Assembly: GCA_963777605.1 (NCBI GenBank)
Contig: CAVZRV010000030.1
Coordinates: forward strand, 224,001 to 288,000
Length of the DNA: 64,000 bases
Source: an uncultured Acidobacteriota bacterium
GTDB lineage: Bacteria > Acidobacteriota > UBA6911 > RPQK01 > JAPXNP01
Direction: 5' to 3'
Under the pieces are notes generated by a model. It saw only the letters and a list, made by a program, of their open reading frames with translations. It was not told where the DNA came from and ran no database searches. How positions within the stretch are numbered: position 1 is the stretch's first letter; every line of letters begins with the position of its first letter. Position numbers and translations under genes: made by a program. Shown piece by piece: positions 18,927 to 29,725 of the stretch.

Positions 18927-20116
18927 TCGAAATGAAAGAAAGTAAAGGGTTTGCGCTGATCACGGCCCTGCTCCTCTCTATCCTGATGGCGGGAGCCGTC
19001 GCGATCCTGTTCTGGCAAGTCCGGTCCTCGGCGTTGCTCGGGCTTGAGGCGGAAGGACAACTCCACAGCCAGGTTGTGGCGGAAAACGGGCTCGAATTGG
19101 CGCGCGTCGCTCTTGCCGCGAGCAATCTTGAAGACCTGCTGGCTGGCTCGAACGGAAGGCTGGATGCTCCGGGCGGCGAAGCGTGCCGTGATCCAGTGTC
19201 GCTCCAGGCTGCGCGATCTACGGACCCGGCCCGGTTAAGCACCGACTGCGACGACGGTCTCTTTACGAACCTTGGCCTGACGCTCGGGGCACCGGGCTAC
19301 CGTGTCGGTCCCGGGGAATGGGTTTTTCTGAGAGCCTTCAACGCCGGAGAAACAACCGAAATCGAGGATGCGGGGGAGGTGACGGTCCGCAGCCTCGGAG
19401 TCTGTCCTGCCGCCAACCCTTCCCGGAGTCCCCTGGAAGCAGCCAACCACATCACCCTGGTCGAGGCCCGCCTGAGAAAGGAAGCAGGGTTCAACACCGA
19501 GAGTTCCATCAACCTGGTTGGAAGCTCGATCTTGATCAACTGGCTTGCGGAAAGACCGAGACAGGGTGATGAATTGACGGTCTCCGTGGTTGAGCACCCT
19601 TTTCCCGGGCTGCTTGAAAGAGTCAGGCAGGCTCTCTCCCGTAGTCTCGCTCCGGGCTCGTTCAGGCTCGTTGATGCAAATCGCCGTTTATCTGAGCCGG
19701 CGTTTCTCCGTCTCCTGGCCGACAAGTTCCGGGAAGGAATCGACGTTCGTCTCAAGGCTGCCCGGACCGTGGCAGTCGGCCAGGAGGACGAACCGGGCCT
19801 TCACTACCTTCCGGATGGCGGTCTGATCACGGGAGACGCCTCAGGCCTGTTCTTCGCCTTCGGTCACGTGGCTCTCTCCGGGTCGGCTCACCTGCGAGGG
19901 ATCTTGATCCATATGGGTGGCGAAGGAATCACGCTGTCGGGACAGGCTCGGATCAGTGGGGCCATTTGGATGCTGAGCGCCGATCATGAAAGTCGGTTCA
20001 CGGTCACGGACCAGGCCGGGATCGATTTCGACGGTGAGTCGGTCGAATCGGCGATGAAGTTCATGCCCGTGACGCAGATTTACTGGAGGCTTATCTTTCC
20101 GGAGTTGTCCGGTTGA
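18923..20116 (+). CDS. PilX/GspK-like minor pilin
   Basis: KESKG|FALITALLL (no Glu5, as in PilX); AENGLE..A; C-terminal Gly-rich beta repeats. Confidence 0.75.
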   Translation: MIEMKESKGFALITALLLSILMAGAVAILFWQVRSSALLGLEAEGQLHSQVVAENGLELARVALAASNLEDLLAGSNGRLDAPGGEACRDPVSLQAARSTDPARLSTDCDDGLFTNLGLTLGAPGYRVGPGEWVFLRAFNAGETTEIEDAGEVTVRSLGVCPAANPSRSPLEAANHITLVEARLRKEAGFNTESSINLVGSSILINWLAERPRQGDELTVSVVEHPFPGLLERVRQALSRSLAPGSFRLVDANRRLSEPAFLRLLADKFREGIDVRLKAARTVAVGQEDEPGLHYLPDGGLITGDASGLFFAFGHVALSGSAHLRGILIHMGGEGITLSGQARISGAIWMLSADHESRFTVTDQAGIDFDGESVESAMKFMPVTQIYWRLIFPELSG

Positions 20117-20423
20117 GGTCGAGCAGGGAACTCAGAAGAGTGAGTTGCTCGTCATGAACCATTGGGCCGGTGACTCGAAAGGTCTCCTGCAGGCGCGGAT
20201 GGGTCATGAGGGCGTTCCATTTTTGATCAAAATCTTCCATGGAATCGAAGATCCACAGCTCGAGATACTCACCGACTTTGCCGATCGTGGTTTTCCAGAT
20301 CCCTTCGGTTTGAATCTCCAGTTCGCGGGTCAGAGGGAGGACCACGTCGAGCAGCGCCCTTTCGAATTCGGGCATGTTGTGAACGGCAACCTGGTAGGTC
20401 ACCCGCAGGTAGACGCTAGCCAT
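20091..20423 (-). CDS. NIPSNAP family protein
   Basis: G.W.T.IG....LW.FDSMEDF pattern; 110 aa. Confidence 0.7.
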   Translation of the reverse strand: MASVYLRVTYQVAVHNMPEFERALLDVVLPLTRELEIQTEGIWKTTIGKVGEYLELWIFDSMEDFDQKWNALMTHPRLQETFRVTGPMVHDEQLTLLSSLLDLNRTTPER

Positions 20424-20427
20424 GATC

Positions 20428-22587
20428 TCAGTCGCTTTCGAGTGTCTGTTGGACCTTGCGCACCAGGTCCGCCGGAGTGAAGGGCTTGGAGATGAACGCG
20501 ATGTCTTGTCCGGCGACTGCGCGGTGGAGAATCCCAGTCCCCGTGTATCCAGACATGAAAAGAATCTTCATGTTCGGGCGTTTCGGGCGAAGGCGCTCGA
20601 CCAGTTCCCGGCCGTTGATGACCGGCATCACCGCGTCGGTCAGGAGAAGATGGATCGTCCCGCTGTACTCGTCGGCGACCCGGAGCGCTTCCTCACCGTT
20701 CTGGCCTGAGAGAACGTGATAGCCGACATTGCGCAGAATCCTCTCGACCAGGGTGAGGATTTCCCTCTCGTCCTCCGCTATCAGGATGGTCTCGGTGCCG
20801 TCTTCAAAGGAATCTACGGCGGGGTGAAGCGGTTCCTGCTCTACGGCGAGATCTACCGGTTCGAAATAGATCCGGAAACTCGTTCCACGTTCCAGTTCGC
20901 TGTCAACGAAAATATAGCCGCCGCTCTGCTTCACAATCCCGTAGACCGTGGCGAGTCCCATCCCAGTACCCTTCTTCTTGGTCGTGAAGAAGGGTTCGAA
21001 AATCCGCTCCTGGGTTTCCCTCGACATCCCGTGGCCGGTGTCTCTGACCTGAATCAATACGTATCGGCCCGGCTTCAGGTGGCCGAGCGCGTCGGCGTAG
21101 TCCGTGGTCAGTTCGACGTTGGAGGTCTCGATCGTCAGCACGCCGCCGTCTACCATGGCGTCACGGGCGTTGACGGCCAGGTTGACGATGACCTGTTCGA
21201 TTCCGCCGGGATCAACCCGCACCGGCTTGAGACCCGAATCGAGCGCGGTGGTGAGCCTGATGTCTTCGCCGATAAGCCGGACGAGAAGGCGCTGAACGTC
21301 GGTAATGACGGTATTGAGGACGATGACGCGGGGTTTGAGCACCTGGCGGCGGCTGAATGCAAGCAACTGGCGCGTCAGCGTTGCCGCCCGTTCGGCGACG
21401 CTCATAATCGTGTCGACGTGCTGCTTGAGGGGTGAATCGTCGGGAATGCCTTCTCTCAGCAGGTCGCCAAAGCCCATGATCACGGTGAGAAAGTTGTTGA
21501 AATCGTGCGCGATACCTCCCGCCAGCTGGCCGACGGCTTCGAGGCGCTGAGCCCGATTTAGCTGTTCCTCTTTCTTGCGCAGCTCCCCTTCGGCCAGCTC
21601 CTGCTCCCGAGTCCGTTCAAGCAGCTGCTCGTACATCTGGGAAAGGTCCTGGTTGGCCCGGGCAACGGCGCGGAGATAGAGTTCGGGCGTTGAATCACTG
21701 CTGCTGAAGAGGGCGGCCGCTTCGTCGAAGCGCTGAACGACGTCAATCGAGAGTTCCTTGAGTTCGTCAGCGGAAAGGCCAGTCACTTCTTCGATTTCGG
21801 CCATCTGGAGATCGGGCTGGCAGTGCCCGCTATACCCGAACCGCTTGTGATGGCAAAGGGAGTTGGCGCTCTGGATCAACCGGGCCAGGGAGATTTCCGC
21901 TGAGGGCTGGTCGCCGAGCTGGTGATGGTCTCGAACCGGGCTAACCAGTTCCTCGGGAAATCCCCAGTCCTCGAGAAGGATCTGGGCGACTTCGGCGTGG
22001 TCGATTCCAAGCGTTTCCTGCTCAACCACCCGGAGGGAAGCGCGTTTGTCATGGGCCACCCGCGCCAACTGTTGGTACAGTTCGTGATTCCAGCGGAGAA
22101 GCACCACTTTCCCAAGGTCGTGCAGGAGACCGGCTACGAAAGCGGTTGTCTGGTTAGGGTGATGCAGCCGGCGCGCCATATTTTCCGCTGCCACCGCGCA
22201 GGCGAGGCTGTGATACCAGAGTTCTCGCACCCCGACCTGTCCTGAATCCGATTGATCATTGAAAAAGAGCTGGGAGACGAGAACAGACAGGGCGATGTTC
22301 CGCACCATGTCGAAGCCGAGCATGGCCATGGCTCGATCGAGAGAGGAGACGCGACCAGGGCAGCCCATCCAGGCTGAGTTGGAAACCTTGAGGACCTTTG
22401 CTGCGAGGGCCTGATCGGACTCGATGAGGAGAGTCAGGTCGCCACGCCTCGTGTTGTCGCTTCCCGCCACCTCGATTACCTTGAGGACAACAGGCGGCAG
22501 GCTCTCCAGTTGCCTGAGTTGGCCCGTGAAGGTTCTAATCTCGTCTTCCAGCCTGTTGTTGGACCCGTGAATCGAGTTCGGACTCAT
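20428..22587 (-). CDS. Hybrid sensor kinase: HDOD - HisKA - HATPase - receiver
   Basis: HDOD (LPPV..DQALAAKVLKVSNS..WYHS..GLLHDLGK..HH); GGIAHDFNN; NARDAM; DTGHGM; FEPFFTTK; REC (AEDE, LTDAVMP, KP). No TM segment. Confidence 0.9.
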   Translation of the reverse strand: MSPNSIHGSNNRLEDEIRTFTGQLRQLESLPPVVLKVIEVAGSDNTRRGDLTLLIESDQALAAKVLKVSNSAWMGCPGRVSSLDRAMAMLGFDMVRNIALSVLVSQLFFNDQSDSGQVGVRELWYHSLACAVAAENMARRLHHPNQTTAFVAGLLHDLGKVVLLRWNHELYQQLARVAHDKRASLRVVEQETLGIDHAEVAQILLEDWGFPEELVSPVRDHHQLGDQPSAEISLARLIQSANSLCHHKRFGYSGHCQPDLQMAEIEEVTGLSADELKELSIDVVQRFDEAAALFSSSDSTPELYLRAVARANQDLSQMYEQLLERTREQELAEGELRKKEEQLNRAQRLEAVGQLAGGIAHDFNNFLTVIMGFGDLLREGIPDDSPLKQHVDTIMSVAERAATLTRQLLAFSRRQVLKPRVIVLNTVITDVQRLLVRLIGEDIRLTTALDSGLKPVRVDPGGIEQVIVNLAVNARDAMVDGGVLTIETSNVELTTDYADALGHLKPGRYVLIQVRDTGHGMSRETQERIFEPFFTTKKKGTGMGLATVYGIVKQSGGYIFVDSELERGTSFRIYFEPVDLAVEQEPLHPAVDSFEDGTETILIAEDEREILTLVERILRNVGYHVLSGQNGEEALRVADEYSGTIHLLLTDAVMPVINGRELVERLRPKRPNMKILFMSGYTGTGILHRAVAGQDIAFISKPFTPADLVRKVQQTLESD

Positions 22588-22790
22588 GATGCGGATCTCC
22601 GACCTGGAAATCGACGAGATTCTCGGGTCCGGTAACTCCACTCTTTGCGAACCATCGTCGTCATCCGTGACTACCCTGATCAAGGATATCGAAATGATAT
22701 GACCATTTGTGGCTGAGCGGTGAGTACCGGGATTCACCGGCAGCCGACCTGCAGGTTCACACAGATGTCAGATTGAAGTCCCTCCGCGTG

Positions 22791-22818
22791 TAAAGGCTCA
22801 GCGTTCTGTTGCCGATGG
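22791..22818 (+). promoter_or_regulatory. Sigma-28 (FliA/SigD)-type promoter for the chemoreceptor gene
   Basis: TAAA (22791-94) - N16 - GCCGATGG (22811-18), matching TAAA-N15/16-GCCGATAA upstream of an MCP. Confidence 0.65.
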
Positions 22819-22835
22819 TAAACGCGACACTCACG

Positions 22836-22859
22836 AATCTATGTCAAGTGACATAGATT
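22836..22859. promoter_or_regulatory. Perfect inverted repeat (operator or 5'-UTR hairpin)
   Basis: AATCTATGTCA-AG-TGACATAGATT: 11-bp arms, 2-bp spacer, between the promoter and the GAGGAGG RBS. Confidence 0.6.
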
Positions 22860-22877
22860 AGTTAATGCGAGGAGGAC

Positions 22878-24458
22878 TTGAGAATGTTTGGAAATCTTCT
22901 GTTTGGGAACAATGATCCTTTTGAGGACAGCCTGGCCAAATGTGTCGTCGAATCGGTCGCTACGACGATGTTCGTGGTTGACCGCGATCTGAAGGTAAGG
23001 TTCATCAGCAACGAGACGCTGAACGCAATGGGCTATAGCCGTCGGGAAATCGAAGCTGGATTATCCTGCAGTGAGCTCTGCAAGACCCCGGTCTGCAACA
23101 CTGCGAAGTGCACCATCAAGAATTGCATGAAGTCCGGAGAGCCAATCATTGCCGAGACTGTAGCGACCTCGAAATCTGGTCAGAAGATCCCGATCCTGGC
23201 CTGCTGCAGCGCATTGCGTGATCCAAAGGGGGAGATCATTGGGGGAATCGAGGTCATTTTCAACCTCACTGAGCAGAAGCGTGCCTTGAACGACCTGCAG
23301 GAACTGACCAATCGAGCCTCGCAGGGGGATTTGAACACGCGGCTGGATCCGAAGCGAGTATCCGGCGATTTTCGCGATCTGTTCGAAGGGGTCAACCGCT
23401 TGCTGGATCGGACCGTCCATCCAATCCAGGAAGCGGCGGGCGTGCTGGAGAAAGTTGCAGATTACGATCTGACCAACCGCGTACTTGGCGACTACGAGGG
23501 CGATCACGGCGCCATCAAGTCCTCTCTCAATCAGGCCGTAGATATTCTGGAAGAGAGCCTGCAGCAGGTTGCCGTGACGGCAGCGCAGGTCGCGGCCGCG
23601 GCGGGTCAGATCAGCAGCGGAAGCCAGTCCATGGCGCAGTCCTCTTCCGAACAGGCGAGCCGCTTGGAAGAGATTTCGGGCAGCCTGCAGGAGGTGGACG
23701 CGATGGCCTCACAGAACGTTTCTGTTGCCAAGGAAACGTATACCCTGGCGGACGGCGCCGGAGCCACGACCGGACGGGGAGTGGCCGGCATGAAGCGCCT
23801 TTCGGAAGCAATTTTGAGAATCAAGAAGTCCTCCGACGAGACCTCCCGGATCGTCAAGACGATCGACGAGATTGCCTTTCAAACCAACCTGCTCGCCTTG
23901 AACGCGGCGGTAGAAGCGGCCCGTGCCGGGGAATCGGGAAAGGGCTTCGCGGTGGTTGCGGAAGAGGTTCGGAACCTCGCAATGCGCAGCGCCGAGGCTG
24001 CCAAATCGACGGCGGAGCTGATCGAGGGCTCGGTGAGCAATGCCGATGACGGGGTGAAGATTAATGCGGAGGTTCTCGGCTTGCTTGAAGAGATCAACCG
24101 GCAGGTGGAGAAGGTACGCGAGAGTGTCCGCGAGATCTCCTCTGCCTCTGAAATGCAGAAGCAGGAGATCACCAGCCTGAACGGTGCCGTCGAGGAGGTC
24201 TCCCGCCTCACCCAGAACGCGGCAGCGAGTTCGGAGGAGTCGGCCAGCGCCGCTGAAGAACTCAACGGCCAGGCCGACGAGATGGCCACTCTCGTGTCGA
24301 AGTTTCAAGTGCGCCGAACGGCCCGTGAAGGTAATTTGGAAGGCGCCGGGTTGCAGTGGCAAAAGGAATCGGCGCAAAGGGTTTCCCCTTCGGGAAAGGC
24401 CTTCACCCTTCCCGTGCAGCGCAGTTCGCAGAAACCCACTGGCGGGAGGCCGAATTAG
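22878..24458 (+). CDS. Soluble methyl-accepting chemotaxis protein with Cys-rich PAS domain and HAMP-like region
   Basis: IAFQTNLLALNAAVEAARAGESGKGFAVVAEEVRNLA hairpin tip; N-terminal PAS with CSELCKTPVCNTAKC; no TM; TTG start with RBS. Confidence 0.92.
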   Translation: MRMFGNLLFGNNDPFEDSLAKCVVESVATTMFVVDRDLKVRFISNETLNAMGYSRREIEAGLSCSELCKTPVCNTAKCTIKNCMKSGEPIIAETVATSKSGQKIPILACCSALRDPKGEIIGGIEVIFNLTEQKRALNDLQELTNRASQGDLNTRLDPKRVSGDFRDLFEGVNRLLDRTVHPIQEAAGVLEKVADYDLTNRVLGDYEGDHGAIKSSLNQAVDILEESLQQVAVTAAQVAAAAGQISSGSQSMAQSSSEQASRLEEISGSLQEVDAMASQNVSVAKETYTLADGAGATTGRGVAGMKRLSEAILRIKKSSDETSRIVKTIDEIAFQTNLLALNAAVEAARAGESGKGFAVVAEEVRNLAMRSAEAAKSTAELIEGSVSNADDGVKINAEVLGLLEEINRQVEKVRESVREISSASEMQKQEITSLNGAVEEVSRLTQNAAASSEESASAAEELNGQADEMATLVSKFQVRRTAREGNLEGAGLQWQKESAQRVSPSGKAFTLPVQRSSQKPTGGRPN

Positions 24459-24538
24459 GGCTGGGCGGCAGGTCTCGGACTGGGGAGGAACTCTCCGGAG
24501 GCGCGCGAGTCGGGGTAGCACAACCGCCTTGAAGGAGG

Positions 24539-25819
24539 TCAGGTTGTCAGCGCGCGATTGAGTGCGACACAGAGATCCTTGAGGTCCTGCAGGCGGGATT
24601 GACCCATGAAGCGGTGGGTGAAGGCGAGCTTGTTGTGATTGAGCGGCTCGTCCAGGTCGGTGTATTCGCGGCAGAGTTCGCCGTCCGGGGTTCCGGGAAT
24701 CGGCGAGAACTCCGATAACATGATTCGCAGGCCTAAATCGTTAGCGAGTCTCATCGAGTCTTCCAATCCCTGCCCGTTCCCGAGAGGGTGTCCCGCGATG
24801 AGGTAACAGCAGAGACGGGACAACGGGAAGCCGGCTTTACCGAAGAGGGTTGCGGCCCGTTCGAGTTCGTGGGCATAGACTTTTCCGCCAGTTTGCCGCT
24901 GCCACGTGCTCTCGCTGCTCTCGAAACCCAGGTAGATGTTTCGGAAGCCGGACTGCGTGAGCAGTTCGGCGACCCTGGGCGTGACGAACCTTGCGTTGAG
25001 TGCATTTGGCGTGTGGAACGAAAGTTTGATGTCGCGACGGAGCACTTCCTCGAGAAACGGGAAGAGGGCGTTCTCAGGCTTGAAAAGAAGTGCATCGTCG
25101 TAGAAGACGGCGTGGCGGATTCCCCTTTCGACCAGAGATTCCAGGTCCTCCTGAGATTGGGCCAGGTTTCGGATCGTGAACTCCGGATCAGTATTCGGGA
25201 CGGAGCAGTAAGTGCACCGAAACGGGCAGCCGTCCGAGATCTTGATAACACCCGTTTCGAGCCTTGGATACCCTTCCCAGTAGGGAGTTTGGCGGGGAGA
25301 CGGAGGGAGGTCGAGTTGGTCCCAGAGGGGTGCCAGGTCGCGACCGCTGACGACGAGGTCGGCGCCGAGTGTGGCGGCATGATCGGGGCAAATGGTGCAA
25401 TACGGCCCGCCAATCGCGATGCGGGTATTGGGGGAGCACCGCCGCAGGTCCCCGATGACTTCCTGCACGCCCGGGTACCAGTAGGTCATCGTTGTGGCGA
25501 CGAGAGCCCAATCGAACGGCGCTTCGGATTCGAGCCGGTCGAGGAAATCGTCGCGCTCGAGGCCGAAACGCTTGTACTTGCGACGGATGTCTCTCAGCGG
25601 TGCCGGCTTTTCCACCTCCTGGCTCGAAAAACGGCCGCGTCCCCATTCGTCGCCGTGCCGGTTCCCGGCTCGCGGGTGAAGCCGGTCGAGAAAATCGAAG
25701 AGCACGATCTCGGCACGGCCGCGAAACATTCCTCCGACGCTGAGCAGACCGAACGGCTTCAGCCAGAAGTCGTATGCGGAGAAGTCATAAATCGGAGGAT
25801 TGACCAAAAGGATGCGCAT
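24539..25819 (-). CDS. B12-binding domain radical SAM protein
   Basis: MRILLVNPPIYDF, MTYWYPG, GCPFRCTYC (CxxxCxxC), FYDDALL, FHTPNAL. Confidence 0.88.
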   Translation of the reverse strand: MRILLVNPPIYDFSAYDFWLKPFGLLSVGGMFRGRAEIVLFDFLDRLHPRAGNRHGDEWGRGRFSSQEVEKPAPLRDIRRKYKRFGLERDDFLDRLESEAPFDWALVATTMTYWYPGVQEVIGDLRRCSPNTRIAIGGPYCTICPDHAATLGADLVVSGRDLAPLWDQLDLPPSPRQTPYWEGYPRLETGVIKISDGCPFRCTYCSVPNTDPEFTIRNLAQSQEDLESLVERGIRHAVFYDDALLFKPENALFPFLEEVLRRDIKLSFHTPNALNARFVTPRVAELLTQSGFRNIYLGFESSESTWQRQTGGKVYAHELERAATLFGKAGFPLSRLCCYLIAGHPLGNGQGLEDSMRLANDLGLRIMLSEFSPIPGTPDGELCREYTDLDEPLNHNKLAFTHRFMGQSRLQDLKDLCVALNRALTT

Positions 25820-25879
25820 GGACGTCGATTTCCGGCGATGATATCACCGCAGCAAAGGGCGCTGCTGCTTGCCCGCACT

Positions 25880-25907
25880 TTGACCGCTCATCCAGATCGG
25901 CTAAGAT
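25880..25907 (+). promoter_or_regulatory. Sigma-70 promoter, leaderless thioesterase transcript
   Basis: TTGACC-N16-TAAGAT-N7-ATG; no SD sequence. Confidence 0.55.
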
Positions 25908-25914
25908 TCCTTCG

Positions 25915-26358
25915 ATGGTCGACTCGGATTTCGTGGATGTCCCTCTTCAGGTGCGGTACTCGGAAACCGACCAGATGGGGCGAGCTTATTACGGAGAGTA
26001 CTTTGTCTGGTTCGAGGTGGCTCGAACCAGCTACTGTAAGGCACGTGGTTTCTCTTACGCCGATCTTGAACGTCAAACGCAGACTTTCCTGCCGGTCGTG
26101 GAAGCCAACTGTCGTTACCTGTGTCCGCTGGCTTACGATGACGAGTTCGTGGTGCGGACCCGGGTCGTCGAATTGCGCAGCAGGAGCATGACCTTCTCCT
26201 ACGAGGTGCTCGGAAAGGCGGGGCAGCGGATCGCGGTCGGCCTGAGCCGTCACGTTTTTACGGGAGCGGACGGTCGCCCCAAGAAGCTGCCTGATGCCTA
26301 CCGTCGCTATTTCCGGGTCGATGCGATCCCTTCAGACGGCGGCCAGGAGGCCCGGTAG
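25915..26358 (+). CDS. Acyl-CoA thioesterase (YbgC/4HBT hotdog family)
   Basis: VRYSETDQMG..Y...Y..WFEVART motif. Confidence 0.9.
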   Translation: MVDSDFVDVPLQVRYSETDQMGRAYYGEYFVWFEVARTSYCKARGFSYADLERQTQTFLPVVEANCRYLCPLAYDDEFVVRTRVVELRSRSMTFSYEVLGKAGQRIAVGLSRHVFTGADGRPKKLPDAYRRYFRVDAIPSDGGQEAR

Positions 26359-26373
26359 CCGGGAGGACGCGTA

Positions 26374-27282
26374 GTGGACCGAGTGCTTTACGGACTGGTT
26401 CGTGCTCTTTTCGGAGGGGTGGCGCGGCTTCCTGTGGGTTTGGCCTATCCCCTTGGTGAGGCGGCCGCGGGTCTCGTTCACGCTCTCGACCGCAAGCATC
26501 GCCGGATTGGACTCGTCAACCTCCGGATCGCCTTTCCGGATCGTTCAGATGAGTGGCGGAAAAGCGTATTGCGGGAGAGTTACCGGCAACTTGGTGACCA
26601 CTTTGTCGAAGTGAGCCGGCTTACGCGCTGCACCCGGGACGACATCCGTCGGAATGTCCGCTATGACGATGGGCTGGGGCTGGAGAACTACCTCGAGGCC
26701 CGGAAGACCGGGCTCGGGGTGCTCTTTCTGACCGCGCACATTTCGGCATGGGAACTTCTGCCCTCGGCACATTCGGTACTCGGCCATCCCCTCAAGTTTG
26801 TGGTTCGACCACTCGACAACATCTATCTCGACCGGTGGGTTACCGACCTGAGGTGCCGGTTTGGCAACCAGGTGCTTTCCAAGTTCGGTTCATTGCGCGA
26901 TCTCTTGCGATCGATCCGCAACGGAGAAGATGTCGGGTTGCTGATCGACCAAAACGTCCAGGAAAAGGATGGCGTTTTCGCGCCGCTTTTCGGAAGAGCC
27001 GCCGCGACGACCGCGGCCGCGGCAATGCTCGCTCTCAAGACCGGCGCCCTGGTAGTGATGGGGTTCATGGTTCCCGACAAGAAAAGGGGATACTACCGAA
27101 TCCGTTTCTACCCGCCGCTGAAGGCCGAGGAGACCGGAAACCGCGAGGCCGACCTGGCCCGCAACACGGCAATCTACAATGCCCACATTGAGCGAGTGAT
27201 TCGCGAATTTCCCAGTTGCTGGCTCTGGGGTCACCGTCGGTTCCGAACGCAACCCGACGGTACCAGCCCCTACCAATTCTGA
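26374..27282 (+). CDS. Lipid A biosynthesis lauroyl/myristoyl acyltransferase (LpxL/HtrB family)
   Basis: NLRIAFP, TAHISAWE (HxxxxE), LIDQ, P..WLWGHRRF. Confidence 0.9.
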   Translation: MDRVLYGLVRALFGGVARLPVGLAYPLGEAAAGLVHALDRKHRRIGLVNLRIAFPDRSDEWRKSVLRESYRQLGDHFVEVSRLTRCTRDDIRRNVRYDDGLGLENYLEARKTGLGVLFLTAHISAWELLPSAHSVLGHPLKFVVRPLDNIYLDRWVTDLRCRFGNQVLSKFGSLRDLLRSIRNGEDVGLLIDQNVQEKDGVFAPLFGRAAATTAAAAMLALKTGALVVMGFMVPDKKRGYYRIRFYPPLKAEETGNREADLARNTAIYNAHIERVIREFPSCWLWGHRRFRTQPDGTSPYQF

Positions 27283-27365
27283 AATAGCAGGAATAGCGAT
27301 TCAGAACTCGGCGAGCGCTGGTCCCATCCGACGTCTTGACGGTTGGCGGCAGCACATCCGGGAAC

Positions 27366-27394
27366 TTGTCCGAAATCTCTGGAATAGTTAGAAT
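27366..27394 (+). promoter_or_regulatory. Sigma-70 promoter candidate for the gap operon
   Basis: TTGTCC-N17-TAGAAT about 110 nt upstream of gap. Confidence 0.5.
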
Positions 27395-27486
27395 TGAGGC
27401 TGTTCGAAAACTAGACGTATGCGTGCTCGAACCCAGTTCGGCCGAGTCGAGCGCTGTACTGAAGACGTGAATATCGGCCGGAGTAG

Positions 27487-28509
<1,023 letters not shown>

Positions 28510-28513
28510 TTCA

Positions 28514-29713
28514 ATGTCAGCGAAGAAAATCTCGAAGAAGTCCGTTCGCGATCTCGATTTGAGAGGCAAGCAGGTCTTCATTCGGGTGGACTTCAACGTT
28601 CCTATCAGCGATGGGAAGGTTGGTGACGACACCCGGATCCAGGCCGCGCTGCCGACGATTCGGCTGGTCAAGGAGCAGGGCGGGCGACTGATCCTGGCGT
28701 CCCATCTGGGGCGCCCCAAGGGAGAGGCCAGGCCGGAGTTTTCCCTGGCGCCGGTCGTCCGGCGGCTTTCCGAATTGCTCGGTGAGAAAGTCGCTTTCGT
28801 TGATGACTGTGTGGGAGAAAAGGTCGAGGCGGCGGTTTCCCGGCTGAAGGATGGGGACGTTCTCGTTCTCGAGAACGTTCGCTTCCACAACGGTGAGACC
28901 AAGAATGATCCCGCCTTTGCCGCCCGGCTGGCGGCTCTGGCCGACGAGTACGTCAACGATGCTTTCGGTACCGCTCACCGGGCTCACGCCTCTACGGTTG
29001 GGGTCCCCCAGATTTTGGGACGCGGTGCCGCCGGCTTGTTGATCGACAAGGAACTGGACGCCCTGGGGAGAGTCCTCTACGGGGCCGAAAGTCCGGTTGT
29101 CGCCATTTTCGGCGGGGCCAAAGTTTCCGACAAGATCGAAGTCATCGACAACTTTCTGCGCCTGGCCGACCGGATTCTCCTCGGTGGTGGAATGGCCTTC
29201 ACCTTCTACAAGGCCCAAGGGAAGGAAATCGGCAAGTCCCTTCTGGAGGCGGACAAGCTCGATGTGGCCCGCAAGTTCCTGGAGGATGCCGAAGCGCAGA
29301 AGGTTGATTTCGCGCTGCCCACCGACGTGGTCGTTGCGCCCGCTATCGAAGAGGGTGTGGAAACCAAGGTGGTCAGTTCGGACGAAATCCCTGCCGACTG
29401 GATGGGACTCGATATCGGACCGGAAACCGTGGCAACTTTCAAATCCAAACTTGTCGGGGCCAAGACAGTGATCTGGAATGGCCCGCTGGGCGTCTTTGAG
29501 ATGGCTCAGTTCGCCAAAGGCACCCTTGGTATTGCCGAGGCGGTGGCTAACTGCGGCGCCTTCACTCTGATCGGCGGCGGAGACTCGGTTTCCGCAGTCA
29601 AGAAGGCGGGTGTCGCGGACAAGATCTCTCACATCTCAACTGGCGGTGGCGCCTCGCTCGAGTTTCTCTCGGGCAAGGAGCTGCCTGGAATAGCGATCCT
29701 TACGGATAAGTAA
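28514..29713 (+). CDS. pgk: Phosphoglycerate kinase
   Basis: RVDFNVP, SHLGRP, NDAFGTAHRAHAS, HISTGGGASLEF. Confidence 0.98.
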   Translation: MSAKKISKKSVRDLDLRGKQVFIRVDFNVPISDGKVGDDTRIQAALPTIRLVKEQGGRLILASHLGRPKGEARPEFSLAPVVRRLSELLGEKVAFVDDCVGEKVEAAVSRLKDGDVLVLENVRFHNGETKNDPAFAARLAALADEYVNDAFGTAHRAHASTVGVPQILGRGAAGLLIDKELDALGRVLYGAESPVVAIFGGAKVSDKIEVIDNFLRLADRILLGGGMAFTFYKAQGKEIGKSLLEADKLDVARKFLEDAEAQKVDFALPTDVVVAPAIEEGVETKVVSSDEIPADWMGLDIGPETVATFKSKLVGAKTVIWNGPLGVFEMAQFAKGTLGIAEAVANCGAFTLIGGGDSVSAVKKAGVADKISHISTGGGASLEFLSGKELPGIAILTDK

Positions 29714-29725
29714 GAAGGGGGATAG

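Noticed and set aside
24788-26191. Long antisense or alternate-frame ORFs (e.g. 24788-26191, 34597-35907, 38944-40233, 11361-12602)
   Set aside because: Shadows of well-supported genes on the opposite strand in high-GC DNA; no recognisable motifs.
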